In this document: in pieces, positions 49,601-61,708 of the stretch
How positions within the stretch are numbered: position 1 is the stretch's first letter
Layout of the letters: each line of letters starts with the position of its first letter
Assembly (NCBI RefSeq): GCF_000143415.4
Contig: NW_003314281.1
Location: forward strand, 242,417-306,416
Reading direction: 5' to 3'
DNA length: 64,000 nt
From: Selaginella moellendorffii
Lineage: Eukaryota > Plantae > Lycopodiophyta
Position numbers and translations under genes: made by a program
The notes under the pieces: model-generated
Told to the model about the DNA's origin: nothing
The model's database searches: none
Seen by the model: only the letters and a program-made list of their open reading frames with translations

Positions 49601-50922
49601 TCTGAGCTGGTAGCGCATCCGCGTTAGACAAAGAGGTTACCCCCTAACTCATTTAAGTTGGTGTATTTCTCACATAGTGTGAGTACCGTGAACTTTTTCT
49701 GGAGTTGTTTCCTTGGCGGTATTCTAGACTCGAGTATGCATCGACGAGGACGTCGATCTTCCCAAGGGGGGGAGAGTGTCGCTAATGTGACTTCAGGTAT
49801 CGAAAGTTACCTGTCGGCTAGTCCTTACGGACACTCTTACCTTACTGCCACGATGGCAGGAGGTCGGTATTGCTGGACCCTTTATCAGTCCCTCTTGTGC
49901 TAGTGGAGTTAACTGGGCATTTCGAGTGTACTTAGACCGGACGAGCATAAGGACGGAATTCCTACGTGTTATTAGCTAAGCATACTTAGCCCGGTAAGGA
50001 GTTCCCGTCTCGTTTTGTCTTGCACTTGCTAGTGACAAGAACCCTCGCGTGTTGAGATTGGTCCCTCAATATCGCCACATGATAGCTTACCGTGTCTGCC
50101 AAACACCCTCGCTATCATGCCCTTTGTGTTAGTCTCATTTCGGTCCCAAATGCTATTTATGGAAAGTGTTTAGATTCACTCATTTGGCATATCTACAGAA
50201 TGTAGAGATCGGCCCGAACACAATGGTGTTCGTCCCGTGTCCAAATTCACAATCTAGGGACATTCCATATTTAGTAAGTTTCGAGTTTGTCCCAGAGACT
50301 AACTCCTGATACTAAGGGAGGCTTGGGGTGAAAGCCCAAAGCGTGTGTTCCTCAAGGGGGGGGGGCTATGGGGGGTTCCAAATGTATAGTAGGGATAGTG
50401 GGTAGGTCGGGCATGGCCGACCAACCTGAGGCATAGTCTAGCTCCCGCTTGCGTGCCTGTCCTTGTTCTGCGTCCGGCTTGGGTCTAAGCCCAAGTTCCA
50501 TTCCATGCTAGTTGGTGGAGTACCCATATCCTCGCGTTAGGCCACCGGTATGCCGAAATAGCGCCAGACTCTGTTTGGCTCCGTTTTGCGTGCTGGTCCT
50601 GGCATTGGGATGCTGGTTGCTCTAGGACTGTTCCAAGTCGCTCCGGGCCCCTGTCCCTTCGCTCCTTGGGCTATATGCTCGGGAGTTGCTCCGTGGTCCG
50701 GTTTCATCACTCCTTGGCGTCACGCTTGGGAGTTTGGCACCGTTCCTTCGTTCAGTGGCCCAAGGCCCTGAACCTCGGGTTCCTATGGACACGTGGCACG
50801 GACACGTGGTATGTGACACATGGCATCTGTCACGTGGCACAAAGAGGGTTTAGGTTCCGCTTCGTGGTGTTATCCTATGGTAAATCACCATAGGATAAAG
50901 GGTCAAAACCACGTGCGCTACA
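43647..50922 (+). mobile_element. Young non-autonomous LTR retroelement (LARD-like), 7276 bp; LTRs 43647-44792 and 49777-50922 (1146 bp each)
   Basis: TG...CA LTRs with only two differences seen, PBS TGGTATCAGAG at ~44795, PPT AAGGGGGGGAGAG before 49777, and a ~5-kb interior with no ORF above ~80 aa. Confidence 0.92.
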
Positions 50923-51720
50923 TTCCTGTAAATCAATGGGACAATCATAAGGCCGATGAACAGGCAGTACACTAGCTTTTTTCTTGTCAAACACATCCCC
51001 AAAATCATGATACTTCTCAGGAAGACTGACAGGAGAAACATGCAAAGCAAAAAGAAAAAGAGGTTCTTCATGAAGGAGTTCTTTCATAGTGATTGTGGAG
51101 ATAGGAGGAGGAGTACGACTAAATGGAATGATGAGACGAGGATACTGTCCAGTGTAAGATGGAAGAGAGAAAAAAGAAGAGGATGAAAACTGCGTAGAGT
51201 CAGGAACAGAACCCCGACTTGAGTTTAGGGAACTTTTCCTGATTCGGACTCGATGAACACCAGGGGAAGCCGTGGGAGATGGTGATGTGGGAGAGATGAG
51301 CTGTAAGTCCTTCCAACAAATCTGAGGCTGATGTAGTTGGAACCAAGGAAGACCGAGCACCACAGAGGAAAACTTGCTGTTGATGATGTTGAAGGCGATA
51401 TTGGTGACGGTGGACCCGATGTGTACTCGAACGGGCAACGTTTCCCTAAGTCCAGAAGATGGAGACACAAAATGCCCGCCGATGCCTTCAACCCTCAGAT
51501 CCCGTATGGTAGGAGAAAGAGGAACGTGATGTCGGGCAGCAAAGTCTGTGTCCATGAAGCAGGAAGTTGCACCCGAGTCCAGTAGCGCCAAAGCCTTGAG
51601 TCCTGATTGTCCGGTGAAAGAAAGGAGACATGGGACGCGGAAGTTGCAGGAATTGGTGGTGGCTTTGATGAAAGGTGGTGAGGAGCTTGATAAGGAAGAA
51701 AAGTGATTTTTATTTGGGGA

Positions 51721-51765
51721 GTCCAAACAGACAGCTCCTACTCTGTTTGGACAGGGTCGTTTCCC
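51721..51765 (-). promoter_or_regulatory. -1 programmed ribosomal frameshift signal (G GGA AAC, 6-nt spacer, 11-bp stem); second copy at 38855-38899 (+)
   Basis: The heptamer is in X XXY YYZ phase of gag. The -1 frame GKRPCPNRVG continues into the protease LLDSGAT. Stem GTCCAAACAGA/TCTGTTTGGAC. Confidence 0.85.
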
Positions 51766-54700
51766 GACTGCAACAGTGGTGGACTTTGAGGCAGAGTGAA
51801 CTCGAGCAATCGGGGAGGCTTCCTGGGACACACAGCTGCTTTGTGATTAGGATCAGCACAGTAGAGGCAAAGATTATGAGATATTCGATGTTGCCTCTCA
51901 GTAGGACTCAACTTCCCTCTAATGAGTCGGGGAGTACCAGAAATATCCATCGGGACCGGAGCAGTAGGTTCAGGACTATGCCCCGAAGACTCAAGCTGGG
52001 ATTCCTGAGTCTGGGACGGAAAAACAGCGGCGCGGCGACTTTCCTGACGACGTTCAAAGAGACGATTATCACATCGAACAGCTTTGTTGATGGCGTCCGA
52101 CAGGTCTTTGGGATCCTCCATGGTGAGCAACAAATCCTTGACACCGTTGTTGAGGCCGAAACGAAATTGGTCAATCAGGGCCCACTCATCCCACTGAGTG
52201 TCCAAGGCAAGGAGTTGGAACTTTGCAGCGTAGATCGAGGCAGGACAAGACCCCTGAGAGAGACGTCTCATCTTTGTGGTAGCAGCCCGAACCCGATCCG
52301 TCTCGCCAAAACATGCTTCGAGCTTCTCTTTGAACAATTGAAGATCCATCAGCTCCGGAACCACGACCCCTTTCATGCTCTTCTCCAGAAGAGGAGAAAA
52401 CCATGACAAAGCTGCACCCTCGAGCAACGTCCCAATCGCGCCGATTTGAGACTCGGAAGTGGGGTACCGCCGATGTTGAAGTGCAAAGATCAGCTCCATT
52501 TGATTCAAAAATCCACGAAGCTCCGAACGCTTGCCTGAAAATTTCGCCGGGAAACTCACCTTCGGTTCAGGAACTTTGCTGGATCCTTGAGCCGAAAGTG
52601 AAGCAAGCTCCTGCTGCATGCGAAGAAGGGTCGCCTTCAGCTCGGTATTCTCAGACTGGATTTTTGCAAAGACTTCGGCAAAGAAATCAGGATGGCTTGG
52701 AGACTCCATTGGCAAGAAGAAAGAAAAGAAAGGGGGGAAAAGACAAAGGCAATCAAATAATCAAAACAAGCTAAAAGAAAAGCAAAAAACACAATCTGAA
52801 TCAAACTGTCAAGACCCCCAACAAGATCAAGACTGGAAAATGCTAAAGACAAAGAGAAAAAGCTAGTGAAAACAAAGAAGAGGCCTTAGACTGGTGTTGA
52901 TTCAGATTGTGGAGAAATGGAACAAGGCTAACCTATATATACTATAGGTTGATGAAGCTCCACCACTCTTGGATCGAGGACAGCCTAAATACAGCTGAGG
53001 TCGAGGAGGCGCCACATCATCATCAGGAATGTGGCTCGAGACTCAGGAATCGGGAAGTGTCTCGAGAGTCAGGAATAGGGAAGTGTCTCGAGAGTCAGGA
53101 ATAGAGAAGTGTCTCGAGAGTCAGGAATGTGGTCTGCAGGTCAAGAATCCGGCGAGAGTCAGGAATGTGGCAAGAATTGGGGGATTCCTGACAGCACCCC
53201 CTCCTCAAGAACGAGTGGAACGAGGATGTGAACGAGAACGAAGAGGAGGATGAGATGAGCGGCGAGGGATGGGAGATGGAGAAAAAGAATGAGGACTGGG
53301 ACGAGAAGGATAGCGGCGGTGGAAATCCTGAACAAGGTCAGGAGAATGAATCAGGTTGTCCGCAGGTTCCCAAGTGCGTTCCTCAGGTCCGTAACCCTTC
53401 CAGTCCACCAGATAGTAGAGTTTAGATCGTGAAATCTTGGAATCAAGGATGTCCTGAACCTCGTACTCAGACCCATCCTCGAGCTGCACTGGTGGAGGCG
53501 GAGGAATGACCCGATTTGGAATAGGACTGGGAATATAAGGCTCAAGGAGAGAGGAGTGAAAAACGGGGTGAATTTGATATGAGGAGGGAAGTGCAAGGCG
53601 ATAAGTGACAGGATTAATGATGGCAGTGATAGGGAAAGGACCAAGGCGTTTGAAATCGAGTTTTGGACAGGGCCTGGTGGTGGAGATATTTCGCCTGAGG
53701 AGCCAGACTTTATCCCCGATATTGTAAGGGGGACAATCCTGACGATGGACATTGGCAAATGTTTTATGAGATTCCTGAGCACGATGGAGGTGGAAGGAGA
53801 TGGAGTTGTGGATTTCCTGAAGGTTGGAGAGAAATGATTCAGAGCGGGGATTTGAACGAGAGGATTCAGATGGAGAAGGAAGTGAGAGATTGAATCGGGG
53901 ATTTCGGCCAGAGTTCGCAAAGAAGGGGGAAACTCGAAGAGAGGAGTGAACAAAGTTGTTATAGGAGAACTCAGCAAGGGGAAGGATATCGAACCAGTTA
54001 TCTTGATGATAGTTGATGAAGCACCTCAAGAATTGTTCCAATGTCTGAATCGTTCGCTCGGACTGCCCATCAGTTTGAGGATGATATGCCGAAGAGAGGT
54101 TGGCCTTCACTCCAAGCAACTGCAAAAACCATTGCCAGAAATGAGAGATGAACTGAGGCCCCCGATCCGAAACCACATCTGTAGGAATCCCATGAAGTTG
54201 GAAAATTTCCCTGAATACCAGTTTTGCCATGTCCTCGCCCGAAAACTCCTTGGTACATGGCAAGAAGTGCGCCATCTTTGTGAAGCGATCCACCACGACT
54301 AAAATGCTGTTGAAGCCTCCAGAACTCGGAAGATCACTCAAGAAATCCATGGAGATGGATTCCCAAGGACCTGAAGGGACCGGAAGGGAACGAAGCAAAC
54401 CTGAAGGAAGGTGGCAAGGTACCTTATTCCGGGCACAAGTGTCATAGGAGGTAACAAAAGCTTTGATGTAGTCGTCCATGTGAGGCCACCAAAAGTCCCG
54501 TGCAACTAGCTCATAGGTTTTCGCAATGCCGAAGTGACCAGCAGTCGGGCTATCGTGGCACGCCATCAGGATCAACCTTCGAGCATCACCTTCAGGAACG
54601 TAAAGCTGCTCCCCACGGTACAATAAGCCATCTAAGAACTCGAACTCGTCAAATCGCCGGCAGTCGGGAGTCACTGGGTTTCCAGCCTGAAGATGGGGAA

Positions 54701-55102
54701 AAATGTCGCTAGCAAGATCATCGGATTGAAGATCGTTTCTGATTGCATCCATCAAGGAGGAGTCCTGAGGGGCCAGGGAAATTGCCATAACTTGAAGCCG
54801 ATCAGGACCGAGGATAACTTGATCCTGTTGATCGAAGGCAGGATTACCAGGCCTGAGACTGAGATAGGAGCGCCTTGAAAGAGCATCAGGAAGGCCTTGA
54901 AACTTTCCAGGTCTGTACTTGATAACAAAGTCAAACCGACTCAGGAATTGTGCCCACCTTGCTTGACGACGGCTTAAAACTCGGGAAGTGGCAAAGTACT
55001 CGAGATTTTTGTGATCCGTCCAGACTGTTGTTTGATGGCTCGCCCCCTCCAAGAAACGGCGCCACTCTCCAAAGGAATCCACGATGGCAAGAAGCTCCTT
55101 GT

Positions 55103-55861
55103 CGTTTTTCACTCCTCTCTCCTTGAGCCTTATATTCCCAGTCCTATTCCAAATCGGGTCATTCCTCCGCCTCCACCAGTGCAGCTCGAGGATGGGTCTG
55201 AGTACGAGGTTCAGGACATCCTTGATTCCAAGATTTCACGATCTAAACTCTACTATCTGGTGGACTGGAAGGGTTACGGACCTGAGGAACGCACTTGGGA
55301 ACCTGCGGACAACCTGATTCATTCTCCTGACCTTGTTCAGGATTTCCACCGCCGCTATCCTTCTCGTCCCAGTCCTCATTCTTTTTCTCCATCTCCCATC
55401 CCTCGCCGCTCATCTCATCCTCCTCTTCATTCTCGTTCACATCCTCGTTCCACTCGTTCTTGAGGAGGGGGTGCTGTCAGGAATCCCCCAATTCTTGCCA
55501 CATTCCTGACTCTCGCCGGATTCCTGACCTGCAGACCACATTCCTGACTCTCGAGACACTTCTCTATTCCTGACTCTCGAGACACTTCCCTATTCCTGAC
55601 TCTCGAGACACTTCCCGATTCCTGAGTCTCGAGCCACATTCCTGATGATGATGTGGCACCTCCTCGACCTCAGTTGTATTTAGGCTGTCCTCGATCCAAG
55701 AGTGGTGGAGCTTCATCAACCTATAGTATATATAGGTTAGCCTTGTTCCATTTCTCCACAATCTGAATCAACACCAGTCTAAGGCCTCTTCTTTGTTTTC
55801 ACTAGCTTTTTCTCTTTGTCTTTAGCATTTTCCAGTCTTGATCTTGTTGGGGGTCTTGACA
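55103..55861 (+). mobile_element. Element B chromodomain fragment, PPT and full LTR (55475-55861)
   Basis: Matches 42268-42793 and the 387-bp LTR. Confidence 0.92.
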
Positions 55862-57189
55862 ATTCCCTTGTCGGCAACGGCTGGAAAGTGTTTGAGTTGA
55901 TAGTGCATCTGTGTTAGACAAAAAGGTTATTATAACTCATTTAAGTTGGTGCATTTCTCACATAGTGTACTTTTTCTGGAGTTGTTTCCTAAGCAGTGGT
56001 CTAAACTCGAGTATGCATCGACAAGGACGTCAATCTTCCCTAGGGGGGAAGAATGTCGCGAATGTGACTCTGGGTATTGAAAGTTATCTATTAGTCAATC
56101 CTTACGGACACTCTTTCCTTACTGCCACAATGGCAAAAGGTTGGTATTGCTAAACCCTTTATTAGTCCCTCTTGTTCAAATGTTAGTAAACTAGATTTTG
56201 CATCTATACTTGGCTAGATGACCATAAGGACGGAATTCCTAAGTGTATATTTAACCAAGCATACTTGGTCTGGCTTTTTAGTTCTTTTTTGCTCTGTCTT
56301 GCATTGGTTTGACAAGAACCCTCACATATTGAGACTAGTTCCTCAATATCGCTGGAAGCTTACCGTATCTACTAAACACCCTCGTTATCATGCCCTTTAT
56401 ATTAGTCTCATTTTGGTCCCAAATGCTATTTATGAAAAGTGTCTAGATTTGCTCATTTGGCATATTTACAGAATGTAGAGATTGTCTTGAACACAATGGT
56501 GTTTATCCCGTGTCCAAATTCGCAATCTAGGGACATTCCATATTTAGTAAGTTTCGAGTTTGTCCCAGAGACTAACTCCTAATACTAAGAGAGGCTTAAG
56601 GTGAAAGCCCAAAGCATGTGTTTCTCGGGGGGGGGGGGGGGGATATAGGGAGTTCCAAATGTATAGTAGGGATAGTGGGTAAGTCGGGTATGACTGACCA
56701 ATCTGAGGCATAGTTTAGCTTCTGTTTGTGTGCTTGTCCTTGTTCTGTATCCGGCTTGGGTCTAAACCCAAGTTCCATTCCATGCTAGCTGGTGGAGTAC
56801 CCATATCCTCACGTTAGGCCATCAGTATGCTAAAATAGCACCAGACTCTATTTGGCTCCGTTTTGTGTGCTAGTTCTAGCATTGGAATACTGGATACTCT
56901 AGGATTATTCCAAGTTATTCTGTGCTTTTGTCTCTTCGCTCCTTAGGTTGTACGCTCAAGAGTCACTCTATGCTCTAGTTCCTTCACTCCTTGGCTCCAT
57001 ACTTGGGAGTTTGGCACTGTTCTTTTGTTCAGTGGCCCAAGGCCCTAAAACTTGAGTTCTGCACCATTATACTTTGGACACATGGCATGTGGCATGTGAC
57101 ACGTGGAATATAGAGGGTCTAGGTTCCGCGTCATGGTTATTCTATGGTAGAACACCATAGGATAAAGGGTAAAAACCATGTATGCTATA
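55862..57189 (+). mobile_element. Old LARD-like copy: 3' interior, PPT and diverged 3' LTR (56054-57189)
   Basis: Colinear with 49572-50922. The differences appear to be mostly C>T/G>A. Confidence 0.88.
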
Positions 57190-57975
57190 ATAATAATCCC
57201 GCATTTATGGTTGAGGCATTTCACATTTTAATGTCTCAATAATGGATATACCATACTTTCATAAGTTCTTATCATCCATTAATAAATGGTATGGTGGAAT
57301 AGCTTGTTTGGACTTTTAAAGGGATGATTACAAAGTATTTGCCATTTCTTTAGTATGTATATGTCACAAGGGTATAGAGTTCTGTTGGTGCTTCATTATG
57401 TAAACTTCTATATAGTTATAATCTAATACTACCAATAGAGTTAAGTTTACCTTCACGATTATCATAAGCTACCAATACTAGGTTCTGTATTTAACGAGCA
57501 TTATTCCACTTGTCTAAGTAGAGTCTATTAAACACTTGAGCCATGCATAAGTGGGACAACAACAATACTACAACTCCCATCATTATCCATTTGCAAAGTA
57601 TAAAATGGATGCTTGGTGTTAGTCTATTTTCCCAATTTATAGTCCCAATCTAAAGGGCTCCTTATGCAATGGAAAGGACTATATTGGGTGTTGTAACAAG
57701 TTAGATCACAAGTTTATAAGGTTTGGCATGGTCCAAATTGAAACCAATTTAACAGCCACTAATATGCCACTATGCTAATATAAGTATATGGCATCTTAGC
57801 CATACACTTAGACCTCACATCATTGACATTCAACAATCTAATCATCCAGAAATTATGCATATATAGTGGCTAAAATGTTTCGTATAAAAAGGTCAAGAAC
57901 AACTAACACCACTTGCAAATCCACCAATGCCTTTTCTTGATATTCCTCCAAATTTGCTTTTTGAGAGGAGGGGAC
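57190..57975 (+). mobile_element. Decayed Gypsy integrase 3' region ending in a PPT
   Basis: SSYHPLINGMVE resembles S.YHPQTNG.VE, and the region ends in GAGAGGAGGGG. A homologous remnant lies at ~62380-62850. Confidence 0.6.
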
Positions 57976-59594
57976 CTTTTGCCTCTTAGGACCATTTGTC
58001 CATGTGATGAGAATACCAACTCATCCTCTAAGTACATCCCCAACTCCTTGGGTTGTTCCAGCATTTATCAAGGGTAACCTCAGCTACCATTTCGAGGACT
58101 TGTGTCCTCTCCTATATTTGACCTCCCATGGTCATCAATTCCGGTCTCAAAGTTATGAGCACCGGCCTCAACTATATGAGGGTAATCTTGTGACTCCTTT
58201 ATTATTTTGGAGTCTACATCTTTCCCGTGATCCCAATTATAGTTGTTTACCACAACTACATTAGCCCGTTTGCTGCGTCAAACGCTCATCTAGATCACAT
58301 CCTCAGCTCTCTGAGGAAACCTTATATTGTTCCCAAGATCCCAAAGTCGTTCTATTATTGGCCCTCACTCTTATATATAAGTGGGTTATTAGATTAATTC
58401 ATTTGTGCATTTCTATATTTCATTTCCATATTTTATGCACTCACAAAGTGAAATTTGTAAATTATTATAGTTATAGACAAGATAAATATACCAAATAAAA
58501 ATATATCAAAAACTGAAAATAACTCCTTTGATTGCTAGAAAATCCTTTTTATATATCCAACTATACACAATTGCTATTTCATAGAGGGACTATAGTGATG
58601 AGTATTTTAGTGGTACTTTATTTACATCTCAAATGGAACAAATTGAATGGAATAACATGAAATAGAACAAAGTGATGGAATAGGTGTTTGTGATGTTTAT
58701 GGCTTTTGGCTAAGTGCTTGGATTATCCTTTCATTATCTAAGTTTAGATATGGTTAAGGATAAGTGATCTTAAGCCACATATAAACTCTCTTGCCATTGC
58801 TAGGCTCAATTCTAGATTGAAAACCCTTCAAAAGTGATGAAGACAGAAATCTTTTTCTTCTTGGAGATTCTCCACAAAATGAAATTAAACTCAATAATAA
58901 TAAAGTTGTCACTGGTATCAATGCTTTTATAGAAAGAATATGATCTAACTGTTGAAAATAACTAGAATAAGAGGTGTTGACCAAACTTGATTAATTGTAG
59001 CATCTTTGGTGTGGAAATCCACACTATTTCCATAAACAACATCCAAGGACACAATGGTGATCTGGCTGCTAGAGGCATCTAATTTCTTGAGCATTGCAAA
59101 AAAGTGTGGTGAATGAAGAAACCGTTGCTTGGCAGCCATGTTGCACCAAGGTGAGCTATCTTCTTTAATATATTATTTTGTTTGACCCAAAAACAACAGA
59201 AATAAAGGTTATTTTGAGAATATTCTTTTAAACCATAATTTCAAAGTATAAAGGTCAAAGGTTAAAAAGAGATTTACAGCTGTACAAAGATTTTTACCTT
59301 GGGAAAATTGGGGTACACCAAACATCATAGAGATCTAGGTGGGATGCTTTATGTCAACACATGTACCACCTATCTAGATACCCAGATAACTTGTATGCAG
59401 TAGAGCCTGATTTGTATTAATGACTAAGGTGTGTTTTCCCCCATGTAGCTTAGTCAGGCACTTGATTTTGAGAATATTCTTTCTTAATCTAGGTAACTAC
59501 CATTTAATCCAATAGTTCTGCTAATTTATTTGAACCAATATTAGATGAAAAGTTTAGATTTTATACTTTCTAAACAAATATACCGAGATTCTTG

Positions 59595-59597
<3 letters not shown>

Positions 59598-59631
<34 letters not shown>
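59598..59631. repeat. (ATT)n microsatellite
   Basis: About 11 ATT units. Confidence 0.9.
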
Positions 59632-59632
<1 letters not shown>

Positions 59633-59862
59633 AAGTTTAAGATCATTAGCATAGCAAAAGTAGAGGACCTGGCCATGGTCGTTGTCTCAATCAATCCAGT
59701 AGCTGCTGAAGATCATGCCACTATAGGATCAAAATATGAGATCACATAAATCAGAATATTTGGGTTTGAAAAAAAGTCTTGATTAGTTGTACCTTAGATG
59801 TTTGACTTAATGCAGTACAGATTATAAAAGGGCATTATTTTACCTCATATTACCATGTAAGT

Positions 59863-60759
59863 ATGGAAAGCAAAACATTTCTCTATTTAATTTTATTACT
59901 TGCAGTCATTCTGAAAAATGAAAATTTTTGTGCTGCCACTACAAGTATCNNNNNNNNNNNNNNNNNNNNNNNNNNNNNNNNNNNNNNNNNNNNNNNNNNN
60001 NNNNNNNNNNNNNNNNNNNNNNNNNNNNNNNNNNNNNNNNNNNNNNNNNGTAGAAGGCTATGTTTATTGCACTAATTGTGGTTCACTTTCTCAGAGTGGC
60101 ATCTTCAGTAAGAAAAATGATCTATCTTCTGTATTTTTCTAATCTTGTTAAATCTTTCAGATGCCAAGGTAAACCTGATTTGTCCAAGAGACAGTGATTC
60201 ATCATTTACAAATAGTAGAGGATACTTTAATATCTTTGAATTAGTGAAGACTGGAACAGATATTGGGAGTTGCCAAGTGAGTGTGGATACAAGTAGAGCA
60301 CCACGAGGGTGTTCTTTCTTAACAGACATAAATGGTGGATCAAGTGGCCAATCCTTAAGAACATGCATCAATAATGGAAATAATAAGTTCACTTGTGGAC
60401 CATATTATTTTACTCCAAATGCTTGTTCACCTCCACCACCACCAAGTCCTCCACCACCACCACCACCTAGAAGACCACCCCCACCACGACCAAGAACTCC
60501 TCTACCACCACGACCACCACAACCACCACCAAAAACTCCTCCACCGCCACCACCTAGAACACAACCACCACCACCTACACCACCACTATCACCAACACCA
60601 ACACCTTCACTTTCACCAATACCACCACCACTTTCACCAACACCACCACCACTAGCACCACCCCTATTGTCACCACCAGCACCAACACCTCCAGCATTGG
60701 CACCAGAATCACCAGCATCAGCACCAGGCCCAACTCCTACACCATCATCATTGCTATAA
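59863..60759 (+). CDS. Secreted Pollen Ole e 1 / extensin-like proline-rich protein (intron 60108-60160; exon 1 spans an N gap)
   Basis: Signal peptide, VEGYVYCTNC, AKVNLIC, TNSRGYF, CQV, GPYYFTP, then an SPPPPP/TPPP tail. TATAAAA at ~59823. Confidence 0.85.
59950..60049. other. Assembly gap (100 N)
   Basis: Run of N. Confidence 1.
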
Positions 60760-61491
60760 GTTCATAAACAATTTAACAAAATAAAGACACGAAGCCCTTA
60801 AGTTCCACTCATTTCCGTACAATGTAGTAACTCATATGTTTGTTTTCATATAAAGTTTAGAGCAGAGTTTTCTATGCAAAGTTTAGACAAGAGAAATTAA
60901 GAGTTCTAATGAATGAAATGAAGAAAAATCTTACCTTCATTCTTTCTCTCAAGTTCATCACCACATCCTACAGTACAAGCAGGACAGCAAAGAATTGCCA
61001 CTCTCCTATCATCACATATATGATAGGAGAGCACATCACTCAACCCACCACAGTAAGGTAATATGATTATTTATGGTGCTTAAGAAAGTCTATAACTGTA
61101 AACGTTTTTATAATTTATAAATATCCAGAAGATGGCTGTTTAAATTTTTTATAAATTATAAATATATTTATACTTGATTAATCTAAATTTATAACATACG
61201 TTAGATGGTATAGTAACATATTTTACCCTATACATTTGCTTAAATAAACCAAATTGTTTTTACTAAGTTTTTATAATCACTCATAAGTGTGTTAAAAAGG
61301 GGTTTAGGACTGATCACTTTACATGCTATAGGTAAAGGGATCGGCACTCTCACCTCTGTGATTTTATAGAATTATATATTGTGATGATTTTGAATTGCTA
61401 GTTAGTCTTGTTTGTTGTCTAGAAAAACTTGTCCATAAAATATTTTCCTTAAGTACCCTCTCTCTTTTATATATATATATATATATATATG

Positions 61492-61660
61492 TGTGAGGGC
61501 CAAGTGTATGGTTATGATGCCGTATACTAATATTAGCATAGTGGGATTTTGATAGCCGTCGGATTGGTTTCAATTTGGACCACTCGCTCCTGTATATAAG
61601 CTAGGGTTTTTGGGCTAATTGATATGCACATTTTTGTATTCCCTTTCCATATTCCAAGCA

Positions 61661-61708
<48 letters not shown>

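Larger units (their letters stand above)
42802..55105 (-). mobile_element. Inverted copy of element B: RT part 42802-43646, protease/gag 50923-52709, LTR 52807-53193, RNaseH-integrase-chromodomain 53205-55105; split by the young LARD
   Basis: Near-identical reverse-complement ORFs (42824-43582, 50875-51831, 51738-52715, 53205-55112). Confidence 0.93.

Noticed and set aside
58750-59160. Short ORFs of possible gene or transposase origin
   Set aside because: Stop-riddled, with no recognisable motif.
60374-60655. His-rich 93-aa ORF
   Set aside because: Alternative frame of the CCA-rich proline tail of the Ole e 1/extensin gene.
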